A DNA stretch of 32,000 nt. Source: Synechococcus sp. A15-24. GTDB taxonomy: Bacteria; Cyanobacteriota; Cyanobacteriia; PCC-6307; Cyanobiaceae. The stretch covers positions 1,020,001 through 1,052,000 of the forward strand of contig NZ_CP047960.1 in the NCBI RefSeq assembly GCF_014280195.1, written 5' to 3'. Under the pieces are notes generated by a model. The model was not told the origin of the DNA, searched no databases, and saw nothing but the letters and a program-made list of their open reading frames with translations. Shown here piece after piece: positions 1 through 9,155 of the stretch (position 1 is the stretch's first letter; the number at the start of each line of letters is the position of its first letter). The position numbers and the translations under genes were made by a program.

Positions 1-2
1 CA

Positions 3-95
3 CCGGTCACCTCGCTGCGGACACCTCAAGCCAGACAGGAGCGTCAGCAGGCCCTGCGCACGGTTGAGCGCCTGTTTTCACTGGGGGATGACTGA
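3..95 (+). CDS. 3' end of an upstream gene entering from the window edge (partial, product unknown)
   Basis: Frame 3 is open from the edge to TGA at 93-95 (...PVTSLRTPQARQERQQALRTVERLFSLGDD*). 22 of 30 codons end in G/C, as in neighbouring real genes. No family recognisable from 30 residues. Confidence 0.3.
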   Translation, partial: PVTSLRTPQARQERQQALRTVERLFSLGDD

Positions 96-214
96 GTTTC
101 AGCCCCCAGTCCCGTCTTGATTCGCACCAATCTCGTCGGATCTGCAGGGGGGGACGTTCGAACCAGGTGAAACTCCGGTAAGTTCTTGCGGCAACGCCGA
201 TCTGGGGTTACGGC

Positions 215-1510
215 ATGAAGCGGGTTCTGGCCATCATTCTCGGCGGCGGTGCCGGGACTCGTCTTTACCCGTTGACCAAGATGCGCGCCAAGCCGGCTGT
301 CCCCTTGGCCGGTAAATATCGACTGATTGATATCCCCATCAGCAACTGCATCAATTCGAACATCAACAAGATGTACGTGATGACGCAGTTCAACAGTGCG
401 TCTCTCAATCGTCACCTCAGCCAGACGTTCAACCTGAGCGCATCGTTCGGTCAGGGATTCGTTGAGGTGCTGGCTGCCCAGCAGACGCCTGACAGTCCAT
501 CCTGGTTTGAAGGCACTGCCGATGCAGTACGGAAGTACCAGTGGCTGTTCCAGGAATGGGACGTAGATGAATACCTGATCTTGTCCGGTGACCAGCTGTA
601 CCGGATGGATTACAGCCTGTTTGTTGAACATCACCGCAGCACTGGTGCTGACCTCACTGTTGCAGCCCTTCCAGTGGATCCCAACCAGGCCGAGGCGTTC
701 GGCTTGATGCGCACGGATGATGACGGAAACATCAAGGAGTTCCGCGAAAAGCCCAAGGGTGATTCTCTGCTTGAGATGGCGGTCGACACCAGCCGATTTG
801 GGCTCAGTGCGGATTCGGCCAAGGAGCGTCCCTACCTGGCGTCGATGGGGATTTATGTCTTCAGCAGAGACACCCTGTTTGACCTGCTTGATTCCAACCC
901 TGGCTACAAGGACTTCGGCAAGGAAGTCATTCCTGAGGCCCTCAAGCGTGGTGACAAACTGAAGAGCTACGTCTTTGATGATTACTGGGAAGATATCGGA
1001 ACGATTGGTGCGTTCTACGAGGCTAATCTGGCGCTCACCCAACAACCATCACCCCCCTTTAGTTTCTACGACGAGAAGTTCCCGATCTACACCCGTCCCC
1101 GCTACCTACCCCCGAGCAAGCTCGTTGATGCTCAGATCACCAACTCGATCGTTGGTGAAGGCTCCATCCTGAAGTCCTGCAGCATTCATCACTGCGTCCT
1201 TGGTGTGCGCAGTCGCATCGAAACCGATGTGGTGCTGCAAGACACGTTGGTGATGGGTGCTGACTTTTTTGAATCCAGTGATGAGCGTGCCGTGCTTCGC
1301 GAGCGTGGTGGAATTCCGGTCGGGGTGGGTCAAGGCACGACGGTGAAGCGTGCCATTCTCGATAAAAATGCTCGCATCGGATCCAACGTCACCATCGTCA
1401 ACAAGGATCACGTCGAGGAAGCTGATCGTTCCGATCAGGGCTTCTACATCCGCAACGGCATTGTTGTTGTTGTTAAAAACGCCACCATCCAGGACGGAAC
1501 TGTGATCTGA
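215..1510 (+). CDS. glgC: glucose-1-phosphate adenylyltransferase (ADP-glucose pyrophosphorylase)
   Basis: 431-aa ORF with ATG start. N-terminal [18 protein letters not shown] nucleotidyl-transferase signature, then the full GlgC-like body and C-terminal left-handed beta-helix region. Confidence 0.97.
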   Translation: MKRVLAIILGGGAGTRLYPLTKMRAKPAVPLAGKYRLIDIPISNCINSNINKMYVMTQFNSASLNRHLSQTFNLSASFGQGFVEVLAAQQTPDSPSWFEGTADAVRKYQWLFQEWDVDEYLILSGDQLYRMDYSLFVEHHRSTGADLTVAALPVDPNQAEAFGLMRTDDDGNIKEFREKPKGDSLLEMAVDTSRFGLSADSAKERPYLASMGIYVFSRDTLFDLLDSNPGYKDFGKEVIPEALKRGDKLKSYVFDDYWEDIGTIGAFYEANLALTQQPSPPFSFYDEKFPIYTRPRYLPPSKLVDAQITNSIVGEGSILKSCSIHHCVLGVRSRIETDVVLQDTLVMGADFFESSDERAVLRERGGIPVGVGQGTTVKRAILDKNARIGSNVTIVNKDHVEEADRSDQGFYIRNGIVVVVKNATIQDGTVI

Positions 1511-1523
1511 CGGATTGCGTTTT

Positions 1524-1541
1524 CTGTCGCTATAGCGACAG
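1524..1541. promoter_or_regulatory. perfect 18-bp palindrome ctgtcgctatagcgacag after the glgC stop (hairpin or operator candidate)
   Basis: Read directly: the reverse complement of ctgtcgcta is tagcgacag. It lies 14 nt after the glgC stop and about 100 nt before the gnd ATG. No U-tract follows, so it is not a canonical intrinsic terminator. Confidence 0.35.
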
Positions 1542-1642
1542 CGAACGATTCCATCCCTCATTCCTGACAGAGCTGTCGGACTTACAGCCAGATCTGGTTT
1601 TGGTGCTCACACTGACGGCAGTCGTCAGTGGTCCCCAAGGCC

Positions 1643-3061
1643 ATGTCCCAGTCTCACTTCGGTCTGATCGGTCTCGGCGTGATGGGCGAGAACCTCGTCC
1701 TCAATGCCGAGCGCAACGGTTTCTCGAGCGTTGTTTACAACCGCACTTACGCCAAGACGGAAGAGTTCCTCAACGGCCGCGGACAGGGTCGGAATATCCA
1801 AGGTGCGACGGATCTTCAGGACTTCGTCGGCAAGCTGGAACGCCCTCGCCGGATCTTGATGATGGTCAAGGCAGGACCTGCTGTTGATGCTGTTGTTGAT
1901 CAGATCTCCCCATACCTCGAGGAAGGTGATCTGCTCATCGATGGTGGCAACTCGGATTACCACGACACCGAGCGCCGGGTGAAGCAGCTCGAGAGCAAGA
2001 GCTTCGGCTTCATCGGCATGGGTGTGTCCGGCGGTGCCAAGGGTGCTCTCGAAGGCCCCAGCATGATGCCTGGCGGCACCAAAGCCTCTTACGACGCCAT
2101 CGAGAGCCTGGTGAACAAGATGGCGGCTCAGGTGGAGGACGGCCCCTGCGTCACATACATCGGGCCCGGAGGCTCCGGTCACCTCGTCAAGACCGTCCAT
2201 AACGGCATTGAGTACGGCATTGAGCAGATCCTGGCCGAGGGCTACGACCTGATGAAGCGGGTCAAGGGTATGAACGGCGAGCAGATGGCCGATGTCCTTG
2301 CCCAGTGGAATGCCACTGAGGAGCTCTCCTCCTATCTGGTGGAGATCACGGAGGTTTGCCTGCGCACGAAGGATCCTGAAGACGGCGCAGATCTCGTCGA
2401 GAAGATTATGGATCAGGCCGGCCAGAAGGGCACCGGTCTGTGGACCGTGGTCACCGCCCTGCAGATGGGTGCTTCCGTTCCCACCATCTACGCATCACTC
2501 AATGGCCGGGTGATGAGTTCCCTCAAGCCTGAGCGGGTGGCAGCCGAATCCATCCTCAAAGGTCCAGCCACTAAGGATTTCGACCTCGGCACCCCCGATG
2601 ACGCCATGGCTCCCCTGATGGATGCCACGGTTCTCAGCTGCATCGCCAGTTATGCCCAGGGCATGGAGCTGCTGCGCATCGCCTCCAGGGATCTGGACTA
2701 CAGCCTCCACATGCCCTCCATCGCCCAGATCTGGAAAGGCGGCTGCATCATCCGTGCCCGCCTGCTGAAGCGGATTCAGGATGCCTTTGGCGCCAATCCT
2801 GATCTGACCAACCTGATGTTGGATCCCTGGTTCGCCGATCAGATCAATCGGCGTCTGCCCGGCCTGGCCAAGGTGGTGGCCGGCGCCGCAGAATCCGGCA
2901 TTCCTGTGCCCTGCTTCAGCAGCACCTTGGATTACATCAACAGCTACCGCACCGGTCGCCTGCCTCAGAACCTGGTGCAGGCCATGCGCGACTGCTTCGG
3001 GTCCCACACCTATCAGCGGGTGGACAAAGAGGGCACGTTCCACACCGAGTGGCTCGGCTGA
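1643..3061 (+). CDS. gnd: 6-phosphogluconate dehydrogenase, decarboxylating
   Basis: The ORF is open from GTG 1628. I prefer ATG 1643 (MSQSHFGLIGLGVMGENLVLN), which puts the Rossmann GxGxxG motif at the usual distance from the N-terminus. Full-length Gnd-like sequence. Confidence 0.95.
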   Translation: MSQSHFGLIGLGVMGENLVLNAERNGFSSVVYNRTYAKTEEFLNGRGQGRNIQGATDLQDFVGKLERPRRILMMVKAGPAVDAVVDQISPYLEEGDLLIDGGNSDYHDTERRVKQLESKSFGFIGMGVSGGAKGALEGPSMMPGGTKASYDAIESLVNKMAAQVEDGPCVTYIGPGGSGHLVKTVHNGIEYGIEQILAEGYDLMKRVKGMNGEQMADVLAQWNATEELSSYLVEITEVCLRTKDPEDGADLVEKIMDQAGQKGTGLWTVVTALQMGASVPTIYASLNGRVMSSLKPERVAAESILKGPATKDFDLGTPDDAMAPLMDATVLSCIASYAQGMELLRIASRDLDYSLHMPSIAQIWKGGCIIRARLLKRIQDAFGANPDLTNLMLDPWFADQINRRLPGLAKVVAGAAESGIPVPCFSSTLDYINSYRTGRLPQNLVQAMRDCFGSHTYQRVDKEGTFHTEWLG

Positions 3062-3072
3062 GCGCAACGCTG

Positions 3073-3786
3073 ATGACCAACTACCGCATCGAGCGGGCAA
3101 GTGATGCTGATTCGCTTGCCCGCAAGGCGTCCGAAACCATTGCGGCTCAGATCAGCCTTGTGCTGGATCAGCGGGATCGCTGCAGGATTGCTCTTTCTGG
3201 GGGGAGTACCCCGGCCAAGGCCTATTCCCTCCTTGGACAGGAACATCTTCCCTGGGACCGTGTCGATGTGTTCCTCGGTGATGAACGCTGGGTTGCTGCT
3301 GATGATCCTTCCAGCAACGCCAGGATGCTGCGCAACACTCTTTTTGCTGAAGGACCTGGCGCATCGGCCATGTTCCATGCGGTTCCCACGGTGGAACTGC
3401 CGGATGCTGATGCCAGCGCTGACGCATTCGCTCAGTTGCTGACGACGATCTGTCCCGGGACCCCTCCTGTTTTCGACCTCATACTGCTGGGACTTGGCGA
3501 CGACGGACACACCGCTTCGCTGTTTCCTGGGACCGAGGCACCCACCATTGTTGATCGATGGGCGACGGTCGGACGTGGTAAGGGTCTGGATCGAATCACT
3601 CTGACTGCTCCGGTGCTCAGTGCCGCTTATCAAGTGATGTTTCTGGTCAGTGGTGCCGGGAAGCGCCAAGCGCTCGAACAGCTCCTGGATCCAGCCGGTT
3701 CAGTTGACTTGACTCCAGCGAAGCTGGTTCAGCCAGCCAGCACAGTTGTTGTTTTTGCTGATGATCCTGCACTGAATGCTTCTTGA
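3073..3786 (+). CDS. pgl: 6-phosphogluconolactonase
   Basis: ALSGGSTP and GLGDDGHTASLFPG motifs of the 6PGL / glucosamine-6-P isomerase fold. ATG 3073 chosen because the ORF start at 3049 would overlap the gnd stop (3061). Sits directly after gnd. Confidence 0.9.
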   Translation: MTNYRIERASDADSLARKASETIAAQISLVLDQRDRCRIALSGGSTPAKAYSLLGQEHLPWDRVDVFLGDERWVAADDPSSNARMLRNTLFAEGPGASAMFHAVPTVELPDADASADAFAQLLTTICPGTPPVFDLILLGLGDDGHTASLFPGTEAPTIVDRWATVGRGKGLDRITLTAPVLSAAYQVMFLVSGAGKRQALEQLLDPAGSVDLTPAKLVQPASTVVVFADDPALNAS

Positions 3787-3811
3787 TTCCTGAGACGAAT
3801 CAAGTCGACAT

Positions 3812-3852
3812 AAAAAAAGCCGGAGATGTTCGAGGAACGTCTCCGGCTTTTT
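3812..3852. terminator. bidirectional rho-independent terminator between convergent pgl and the secreted-protein gene
   Basis: aaaaaaa-gccggagatgtt-cgagg-aacgtctccggc-ttttt. 12-bp stem (one G-U pair), 5-nt loop, A-run on the 5' side and T-run on the 3' side, so it reads as a terminator on both strands. Confidence 0.75.
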
Positions 3853-3873
3853 CACATCTGGAGTGTGAGATGC

Positions 3874-4869
3874 TCAGCTCAGACCCTTTTCGATTACTGG
3901 AAGAAGCGACTTGCACTTGTCCGGAATGAGTAGACCTTCTGGTTTTGCGTCTCTGTATTTGAAAATGATGTCAGCCATCCGAGAGTCTATGCAGGGATCA
4001 ACGCCATAGACATTATTCGGATAAGAAGACGCCCTCAGTGTCAACTCGTCCAGGGAAATATCAATGTTTCCGGTCTTCTTGTTGTGCTTTACGCTGTAAG
4101 AAAGCGGATAGTAGCCGCTGACGGGGAATGCCTGTGGCTGCTGAATCTTCTCATGGAAATTCGGTTTGCTGAGCAGATAATCGCGTGTGAGCATCGGCTC
4201 CCAGAACAGCACATTGCCGTCATGTCCACCGAATAGGAAGATATTGTCAAACTTTCCAGGTTTGAGCTGTTCGGAGGTCATGTCTGCGTAATGCGTTCCC
4301 ATCCTTGGTTCCGACGTGTTGGGAGCGCGCTTGTAGGCTTCAGGGAGAAACGGACGAGGCGGCTCGATGTTCTGCACATGCAGATCATCGACGAGGCTGT
4401 CATTCGTGATGCTATGGCGATATTCAGGAGTCGCCATGTAAAAGTGAACATCAAAATGCGGCTCATAAAAGACCCCTGGCAGCGGACCATGGCCTTCAGG
4501 ATTCCAGTTGAACCCCATATGACTGAAAGCCGTTCTGTCTGCTTCTTCGGGGAACATCAGCTCATATTCAAAGTTGTGAAATGGGCTGCCGTCGATGAGC
4601 TTCAGTTTCAGCGAACCCGCTTGGGCCTGTCCATCGTCTTCAGGAAGTCCCTGCATGGCCTTGGGTGTGACAGAAATGCCGAGTTGCGTCGGGATCCCTG
4701 TTTTCTTGTCAACTCTGATCCAGGTGAACACTTCTCCTTTGCCCACCTGGCGGCTTTCACCTTTGATGTATTTTGTTTCTCGTGACGCCGCATTTGCCTG
4801 GGATGCTGGCATCAGCAGTATCGTCAGCGAAAGAAAGATTCCCGTTACAAGTCGGAATAGACGTTGCAT
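3874..4869 (-). CDS. secreted protein of unknown function (signal peptide, lower GC than surroundings)
   Basis: The ORF is open to TTG 4884. ATG 4869 gives MQRLFRLVTGIFLSLTILLMPASQANA-ASRE, a classical Sec signal with an AxA cleavage site. Two 60-nt lines counted by hand give 27 and 29 G+C of 60 (45-48%). No family recognised with confidence. Confidence 0.8.
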   Translation of the reverse strand: MQRLFRLVTGIFLSLTILLMPASQANAASRETKYIKGESRQVGKGEVFTWIRVDKKTGIPTQLGISVTPKAMQGLPEDDGQAQAGSLKLKLIDGSPFHNFEYELMFPEEADRTAFSHMGFNWNPEGHGPLPGVFYEPHFDVHFYMATPEYRHSITNDSLVDDLHVQNIEPPRPFLPEAYKRAPNTSEPRMGTHYADMTSEQLKPGKFDNIFLFGGHDGNVLFWEPMLTRDYLLSKPNFHEKIQQPQAFPVSGYYPLSYSVKHNKKTGNIDISLDELTLRASSYPNNVYGVDPCIDSRMADIIFKYRDAKPEGLLIPDKCKSLLPVIEKGLS

Positions 4870-4998
4870 TGGTTTTTCAGGCAAACATTTTTTTTATAGC
4901 CAGCTTCAGTTTGAATTGCAACTGTGGTTTATGCCCTTCATGATTGGTACGACTTGGCTAATCCGCTGACGGATGGATTGTCCCTGTGAGAGTGTGGA

Positions 4999-5577
4999 TT
5001 GACTCCAGTTTTTCTCCTTTTGGACTCTGCTGAAGTTGTCATTCTTCTCCAGGCAACGGACTTTTCAGACTGGAGCAGTCTCAACGACACGATCATGGGA
5101 GGACGCAGCCGTGCCGGCTGCCGGGTCACTCCAGAAGGTCTTCTGTTGGAAGGTGAGTTGATCGAGGCCGGTGGTGGCTTCGTCAGCTGCCGATCGCCGC
5201 GTCTGCAGCCCCCTCTGGATCTCTCGCCGTTTTCTGCTCTGCAGCTGGAGGTGGAGGGGGAGGGTCGAACGCTCAAGATCGCTCTGGGCTGCCGTGATGG
5301 TGCCCTTGGGCTCACCGAATTGATTCCCGGAGGTCTGCGCTGGGTGATCGATGTGCCCACCCAGGCTGAGGGAGTCACCCGTGTGCGCATTCCCTTTGTG
5401 GATCTGCGCCCCACTGTCCGCGCCAAGCCCGTCGGATTACCGCTGCGGTTTGATTCGGCAGGGGTCACCCGGATTCAGGTGCTGCACTCCAAATTTAGTG
5501 ATGGCGGCGAACTCAATCCGGGATTTCGAGCTGGCACGATCCGCCTGCTGATCCGCTCGATCCGAGCCCTGCCTTGA
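4999..5577 (+). CDS. CIA30-like (complex I intermediate-associated protein 30 family) protein
   Basis: W-SLNDTIMGGRS near the N-terminus followed by a beta-rich body matches my recollection of the CIA30 family found in cyanobacteria. The start is TTG (4999), and an alternative TTG lies at 5020. Confidence 0.7.
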   Translation: MTPVFLLLDSAEVVILLQATDFSDWSSLNDTIMGGRSRAGCRVTPEGLLLEGELIEAGGGFVSCRSPRLQPPLDLSPFSALQLEVEGEGRTLKIALGCRDGALGLTELIPGGLRWVIDVPTQAEGVTRVRIPFVDLRPTVRAKPVGLPLRFDSAGVTRIQVLHSKFSDGGELNPGFRAGTIRLLIRSIRALP

Positions 5578-5581
5578 GTCC

Positions 5582-5947
5582 ATGGATCTGTTGGTGCTGA
5601 TTGCCAAGGCGGCGGATGTCTGCCGCAAACCCTGGAGTCATGCTGTGGTGCCGATCGATCCCTTAGCGCCGGCGCAGCTGGATGATCTCAATGTGCGAAT
5701 CGAGTGCCGCGACGCCGACGGCATCCGTCACCCTCAGCACGACCTGGATCTGGAGATCTATCGCAGCGGGCGGGAGATCAACCTGATGCTCAGCTGGTCA
5801 GATCAGCCTGAACGGCCGATGCTCTGGCATGGTCGTCATCCTGTATGGATGGATGGGACCTCAGGCCAACGCACTGCAGCGCCAGAGGATGCTGCACCGC
5901 TGGAGGCACTGGGACGACGGCTGCGGTCCGTCTTGCATCACGACTAA
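5582..5947 (+). CDS. hypothetical protein
   Basis: 121-aa ORF with ATG start, 4 nt after the CIA30-like stop. Typical high GC3. No motif recognised. Confidence 0.6.
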   Translation: MDLLVLIAKAADVCRKPWSHAVVPIDPLAPAQLDDLNVRIECRDADGIRHPQHDLDLEIYRSGREINLMLSWSDQPERPMLWHGRHPVWMDGTSGQRTAAPEDAAPLEALGRRLRSVLHHD

Positions 5948-5948
5948 C

Positions 5949-7622
5949 TCAGTCGGGTTGGTCGGTGACCGCTCCACGGCTTGAGCTGGAGACCAGACGG
6001 GCGTACTTGCCCAGAATCCCAGTGCGGTAGCGGGGTTCAGGCTTGCTCCAGACTTCCCGGCGTCGAGCGAGTTCTGCCTCATCCACATTCAGATGCAGCA
6101 GCAACTGGTCAGCATCTACGGTAATGCTGTCGCCTTCCTGCACCAGGCCGATGGTTCCGCCGACAGCGGCTTCGGGGGCAACGTGACCGACCACCAAGCC
6201 ATAGGTGCCGCCGCTGAAGCGGCCGTCGGTGATCAAAGCCACCTTGTCTCCCAGGCCTTGCCCGACGATGGCGGAGGTGGGGGCCAGCATTTCGCGCATG
6301 CCCGGACCGCCCACGGGCCCCTCGTTGCGCACCACCACCACATCGCCGGCCTTGATCCGTTGATCAAGAATGGCGGCAAGGCAGTCTTCCTCGCTCTCAA
6401 ATACCCGGGCGGGGCCAGTGAGCACCGGCGTCTTGACGCCGCTGATCTTGGCGACACTGCCCTCACTGGCCAGGTTGCCCTTGAGGATCGCCAGGTGGCC
6501 TTTGACGTAAAGGGGATTGCTCAGTGGACGGATCACGTCTTGATCCGCCAGTGGCACGGAGGGCACATCCGCCAGCACCTCACGCAGGCTTTTGCCCTCA
6601 ACGGTGCAGCAATCGCCATGCAGCAGCCCCGCGTCGAGCAGCAGTTTCATCACCTGGGGGATACCGCCAGCGTTGTGGAGATCCACCGTCACGTAGCGGC
6701 CGCTCGGCTTGAGGTCGCAGATCACCGGCACGCGCTGACGGATCCGCTCGAAGTCGTCGATGCTGAGAGCGACCCCTGCCGTACGGGCGATCGCCAGCAG
6801 GTGCAGCACGGCGTTCGTGGATCCACCCACCGCCATGATCACGCTGATGGCGTTCTCGAATGCATCCTTGGTGAGCAGATCCAAGGGTCGGATGTTGGCC
6901 TTCACCGCGTCCAACAACACCTCTGCCGAACGGGCGGCACTGTCGGCCTTCTCTTCGTCTTCCGCCGCCATCGTTGAGCTGTAGGGCAGGCTCAACCCCA
7001 TCGTTTCGATGGCTGCACTCATGGTGTTGGCGGTGAACATGCCGCCGCAGCTGCCGGCTCCTGGGCAAGCGTTCTTTTCGACAGCGGTGAGCTGGTCTTC
7101 GTCGATGTTGCCGCTGGTGAGCTGGCCAACTGCCTCAAAGGCGCTGACCACGGTGAGATCACAGCCGCCGAGTTTCCCTGGCTTGATCGTGCCGCCGTAA
7201 ACGAACACAGCCGGAATGTTCATCCGCGCCATGGCCAGTATGGCGCCGGGCATGTTCTTGTCGCAGCCGCCCACCGCCAGCACGCCATCCATGCTCTGGC
7301 CATTGCAGGCGGTTTCAATCGCATCGGCGATCACCTCACGGCTTACTAGGGAGTACTTCATCCCTTCGGTGCCCATGGAGATGCCATCACTCACCGTGAT
7401 GGTTCCGAACATCTGTGGCATGCCGCCGGCCTGACGGGCAGCTTCTTCAGCGCGCAGGGACAGGTCGTTCAACCCGACGTTGCAGGGTGTGATCGTGCTG
7501 TAGCCGTTGGCGATCCCGAGAATCGGCTTGCCGAAGTCCTCATCTCCGAATCCCACCGCACGGAGCATGGCGCGATTGGGGGAACGCTGGATCCCCTTGG
7601 TGACGGCGTCGGAACGAAGCAT
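5949..7622 (-). CDS. ilvD: dihydroxy-acid dehydratase
   Basis: 557 aa. CDKNMPG Fe-S cluster motif and TDGRFSGGT motif. Full-length IlvD-like sequence. Confidence 0.97.
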   Translation of the reverse strand: MLRSDAVTKGIQRSPNRAMLRAVGFGDEDFGKPILGIANGYSTITPCNVGLNDLSLRAEEAARQAGGMPQMFGTITVSDGISMGTEGMKYSLVSREVIADAIETACNGQSMDGVLAVGGCDKNMPGAILAMARMNIPAVFVYGGTIKPGKLGGCDLTVVSAFEAVGQLTSGNIDEDQLTAVEKNACPGAGSCGGMFTANTMSAAIETMGLSLPYSSTMAAEDEEKADSAARSAEVLLDAVKANIRPLDLLTKDAFENAISVIMAVGGSTNAVLHLLAIARTAGVALSIDDFERIRQRVPVICDLKPSGRYVTVDLHNAGGIPQVMKLLLDAGLLHGDCCTVEGKSLREVLADVPSVPLADQDVIRPLSNPLYVKGHLAILKGNLASEGSVAKISGVKTPVLTGPARVFESEEDCLAAILDQRIKAGDVVVVRNEGPVGGPGMREMLAPTSAIVGQGLGDKVALITDGRFSGGTYGLVVGHVAPEAAVGGTIGLVQEGDSITVDADQLLLHLNVDEAELARRREVWSKPEPRYRTGILGKYARLVSSSSRGAVTDQPD

Positions 7623-7669
7623 GGGCCGGAGCTCTGGACCTGGGACGATCCGGCCAACCTACCGAGCGC

Positions 7670-7948
7670 TCAGTCCTCCGATCCCAGGCGTTCCAGCTGG
7701 GCACGCACCCGGGCGATCTCTGCGTTGAGCTTCTCTACTCGCTGTTCCAGCAGTCCGTTTTCACCAGGCTCGAGCACCTCGGAGCCGTCCTGCATGCGCG
7801 GGGCATGCAGCATTGACCGCTGCCGAGTGATCCGGCTGCGGCGGTCCGCCTCATTCAATAACCACCAAGCCAGTCCGGCGGCTCCGATTACGGCGCCTGC
7901 CACCAAGGTGGTCAGGGTGCCTGAGCCGGTCTCGTGCTGATGTCCCAT
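7670..7948 (-). CDS. small membrane-anchored coiled-coil protein, function unknown
   Basis: 92 aa. One TM segment (LTTLVAGAVIGAAGLAWWLL) and a C-terminal heptad-like LEQRVEKLNAEIARVRAQLERL. GGAGG (complement of 7957-7961) lies 8 nt upstream of the ATG. Confidence 0.7.
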   Translation of the reverse strand: MGHQHETGSGTLTTLVAGAVIGAAGLAWWLLNEADRRSRITRQRSMLHAPRMQDGSEVLEPGENGLLEQRVEKLNAEIARVRAQLERLGSED

Positions 7949-7972
7949 TCACTCAACCTCCTGCGTTGAAAT

Positions 7973-8590
7973 CTAGTCGCGGCCTGCGGACCTGAACCGC
8001 AGCCGTTGCACTGGATCACCGATGCCGGGAACGATGGCTCCGTCGGCGTTCAGGCTTTCATCGATGCAGGCGGTGTGCAGCGTCAGATCCGGGACGGTCT
8101 CCCCCAGCAGCTTCAGACCAGGGCTGGCGCAAAGCGCCGTGATCAACCGGATCCGCCGCCCGTCCACCCCCTGCTTCTGCAGCAGTTGCATGGCCTTCAG
8201 CACGCCCTCTCCATCACTGATTTGGTCGACGAACAGGATCACGCCGGTGTTGGCCGCGATGTCGTTCGGGACGCCATCAAGACAGAGAGCGGCATCAGGA
8301 AGCACATGGCGACCTCCCTGCCAGAGTTCCAGGCCTGCGGGCAGGATCGGCAGGGCCAGCAGAGGGATGCCCGCTTCCACCACCGTGGACTCAGCCTCAC
8401 CATGCTCGGTTGGGATGCTTTCCTGGCGATGCGGCAACCAGTCCCTCAGGGCTTCGTAGGTGAGCCAGCGGCCCAGTTCCTGCATCGCTGTGGCGTAGAG
8501 GGCTGATGGTGTCTCCCGATGGCGGAGCATCGCCAGCCAGTGGCCGATCAAGGGATGAGGTGGCACCACCACCCGCAGACTCATGGCCAT
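7973..8590 (-). CDS. upp: uracil phosphoribosyltransferase-like protein
   Basis: N-terminal VPPHPLIGHWLAMLRHRETPSALYATAMQELGRWLTYEA resembles the Upp N-terminus. The PRPP-loop region (ILFVDQISDGEG) is divergent, so activity is not assured. Confidence 0.75.
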   Translation of the reverse strand: MAMSLRVVVPPHPLIGHWLAMLRHRETPSALYATAMQELGRWLTYEALRDWLPHRQESIPTEHGEAESTVVEAGIPLLALPILPAGLELWQGGRHVLPDAALCLDGVPNDIAANTGVILFVDQISDGEGVLKAMQLLQKQGVDGRRIRLITALCASPGLKLLGETVPDLTLHTACIDESLNADGAIVPGIGDPVQRLRFRSAGRD

Positions 8591-8645
8591 CTCGCGTCGC
8601 TCCGCCGGCAGTTGCCATAACGTGAGCGCTCAAATTACCGGTCCC

Positions 8646-9155
8646 ATGCGCGCCCTTCTCCGTCCTGCCTCCCTGGTGGCGGCGATCCTGGTGGTGGTCA
8701 GCACCTTGCTGTGGACCAACTCTGCCCAGGCGATCACGGCCCCTGAACTGCGGGGACAGCGTGCGGTTCAGGAGATCACGGCTGATATGCACGGCCTTGA
8801 TCTCAAGGAGAAAGAGTTCCTCAAGGCTGATTTACGTGAGGTCAACCTCAGCGATACCGATCTGCGTGGGGCCGTGATCAACACCTCTCAGCTTCAGGGT
8901 GCGGATCTGCGTGGTGCCGACCTGTCCAACGTGGTGGGGTTTGCCAGTCGATTCGACGGTGCTGACCTGAGAGGTGCGACGTTCACCAACGCGATGCTGA
9001 TGCAGAGCCGCTTCGCCGACGCCCGCATTGAGGGTGCTGATTTCACCGATGCGGTCCTCGATCTTCCCCAGCAGAAACTGCTCTGTGCAACAGCCGCCGG
9101 TGAGCACCCCGTGAGTGGTGTGTCGACTCGTGAGAGCCTGGGTTGTCGCCCCTGA
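8646..9155 (+). CDS. pentapeptide-repeat protein with N-terminal signal/anchor (probably lumenal or periplasmic)
   Basis: Start taken at MRALLRPASLVAAILVVV...AQA (signal-like). Body is A(D/N)LxG-type pentapeptide repeats (DLREVNLSDTDLRGAVINTSQLQGADLRGADLSN...). Confidence 0.85.
   Translation: MRALLRPASLVAAILVVVSTLLWTNSAQAITAPELRGQRAVQEITADMHGLDLKEKEFLKADLREVNLSDTDLRGAVINTSQLQGADLRGADLSNVVGFASRFDGADLRGATFTNAMLMQSRFADARIEGADFTDAVLDLPQQKLLCATAAGEHPVSGVSTRESLGCRP

Noticed and set aside
140-175. gggggggacgttcgaaccagg, reminiscent of a tRNA T-loop (GTTCGAA)
   Set aside because: No flanking T-stem complementarity, acceptor stem or anticodon arm could be folded. It is most likely just the glgC 5' leader.
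44-1045. 333-aa ORF antisense to glgC. Similar long antisense ORFs lie opposite ilvD (6093-6977), the CobW-like gene (8894-10006), nrdJ (19284-20702), prfC (21775-22566) and phnE (30895-31695).
   Set aside because: Each lies opposite a gene with unmistakable family motifs. Their products are Arg/Gly/Pro/His-rich low-complexity strings typical of stop-poor antisense frames in high-GC DNA.
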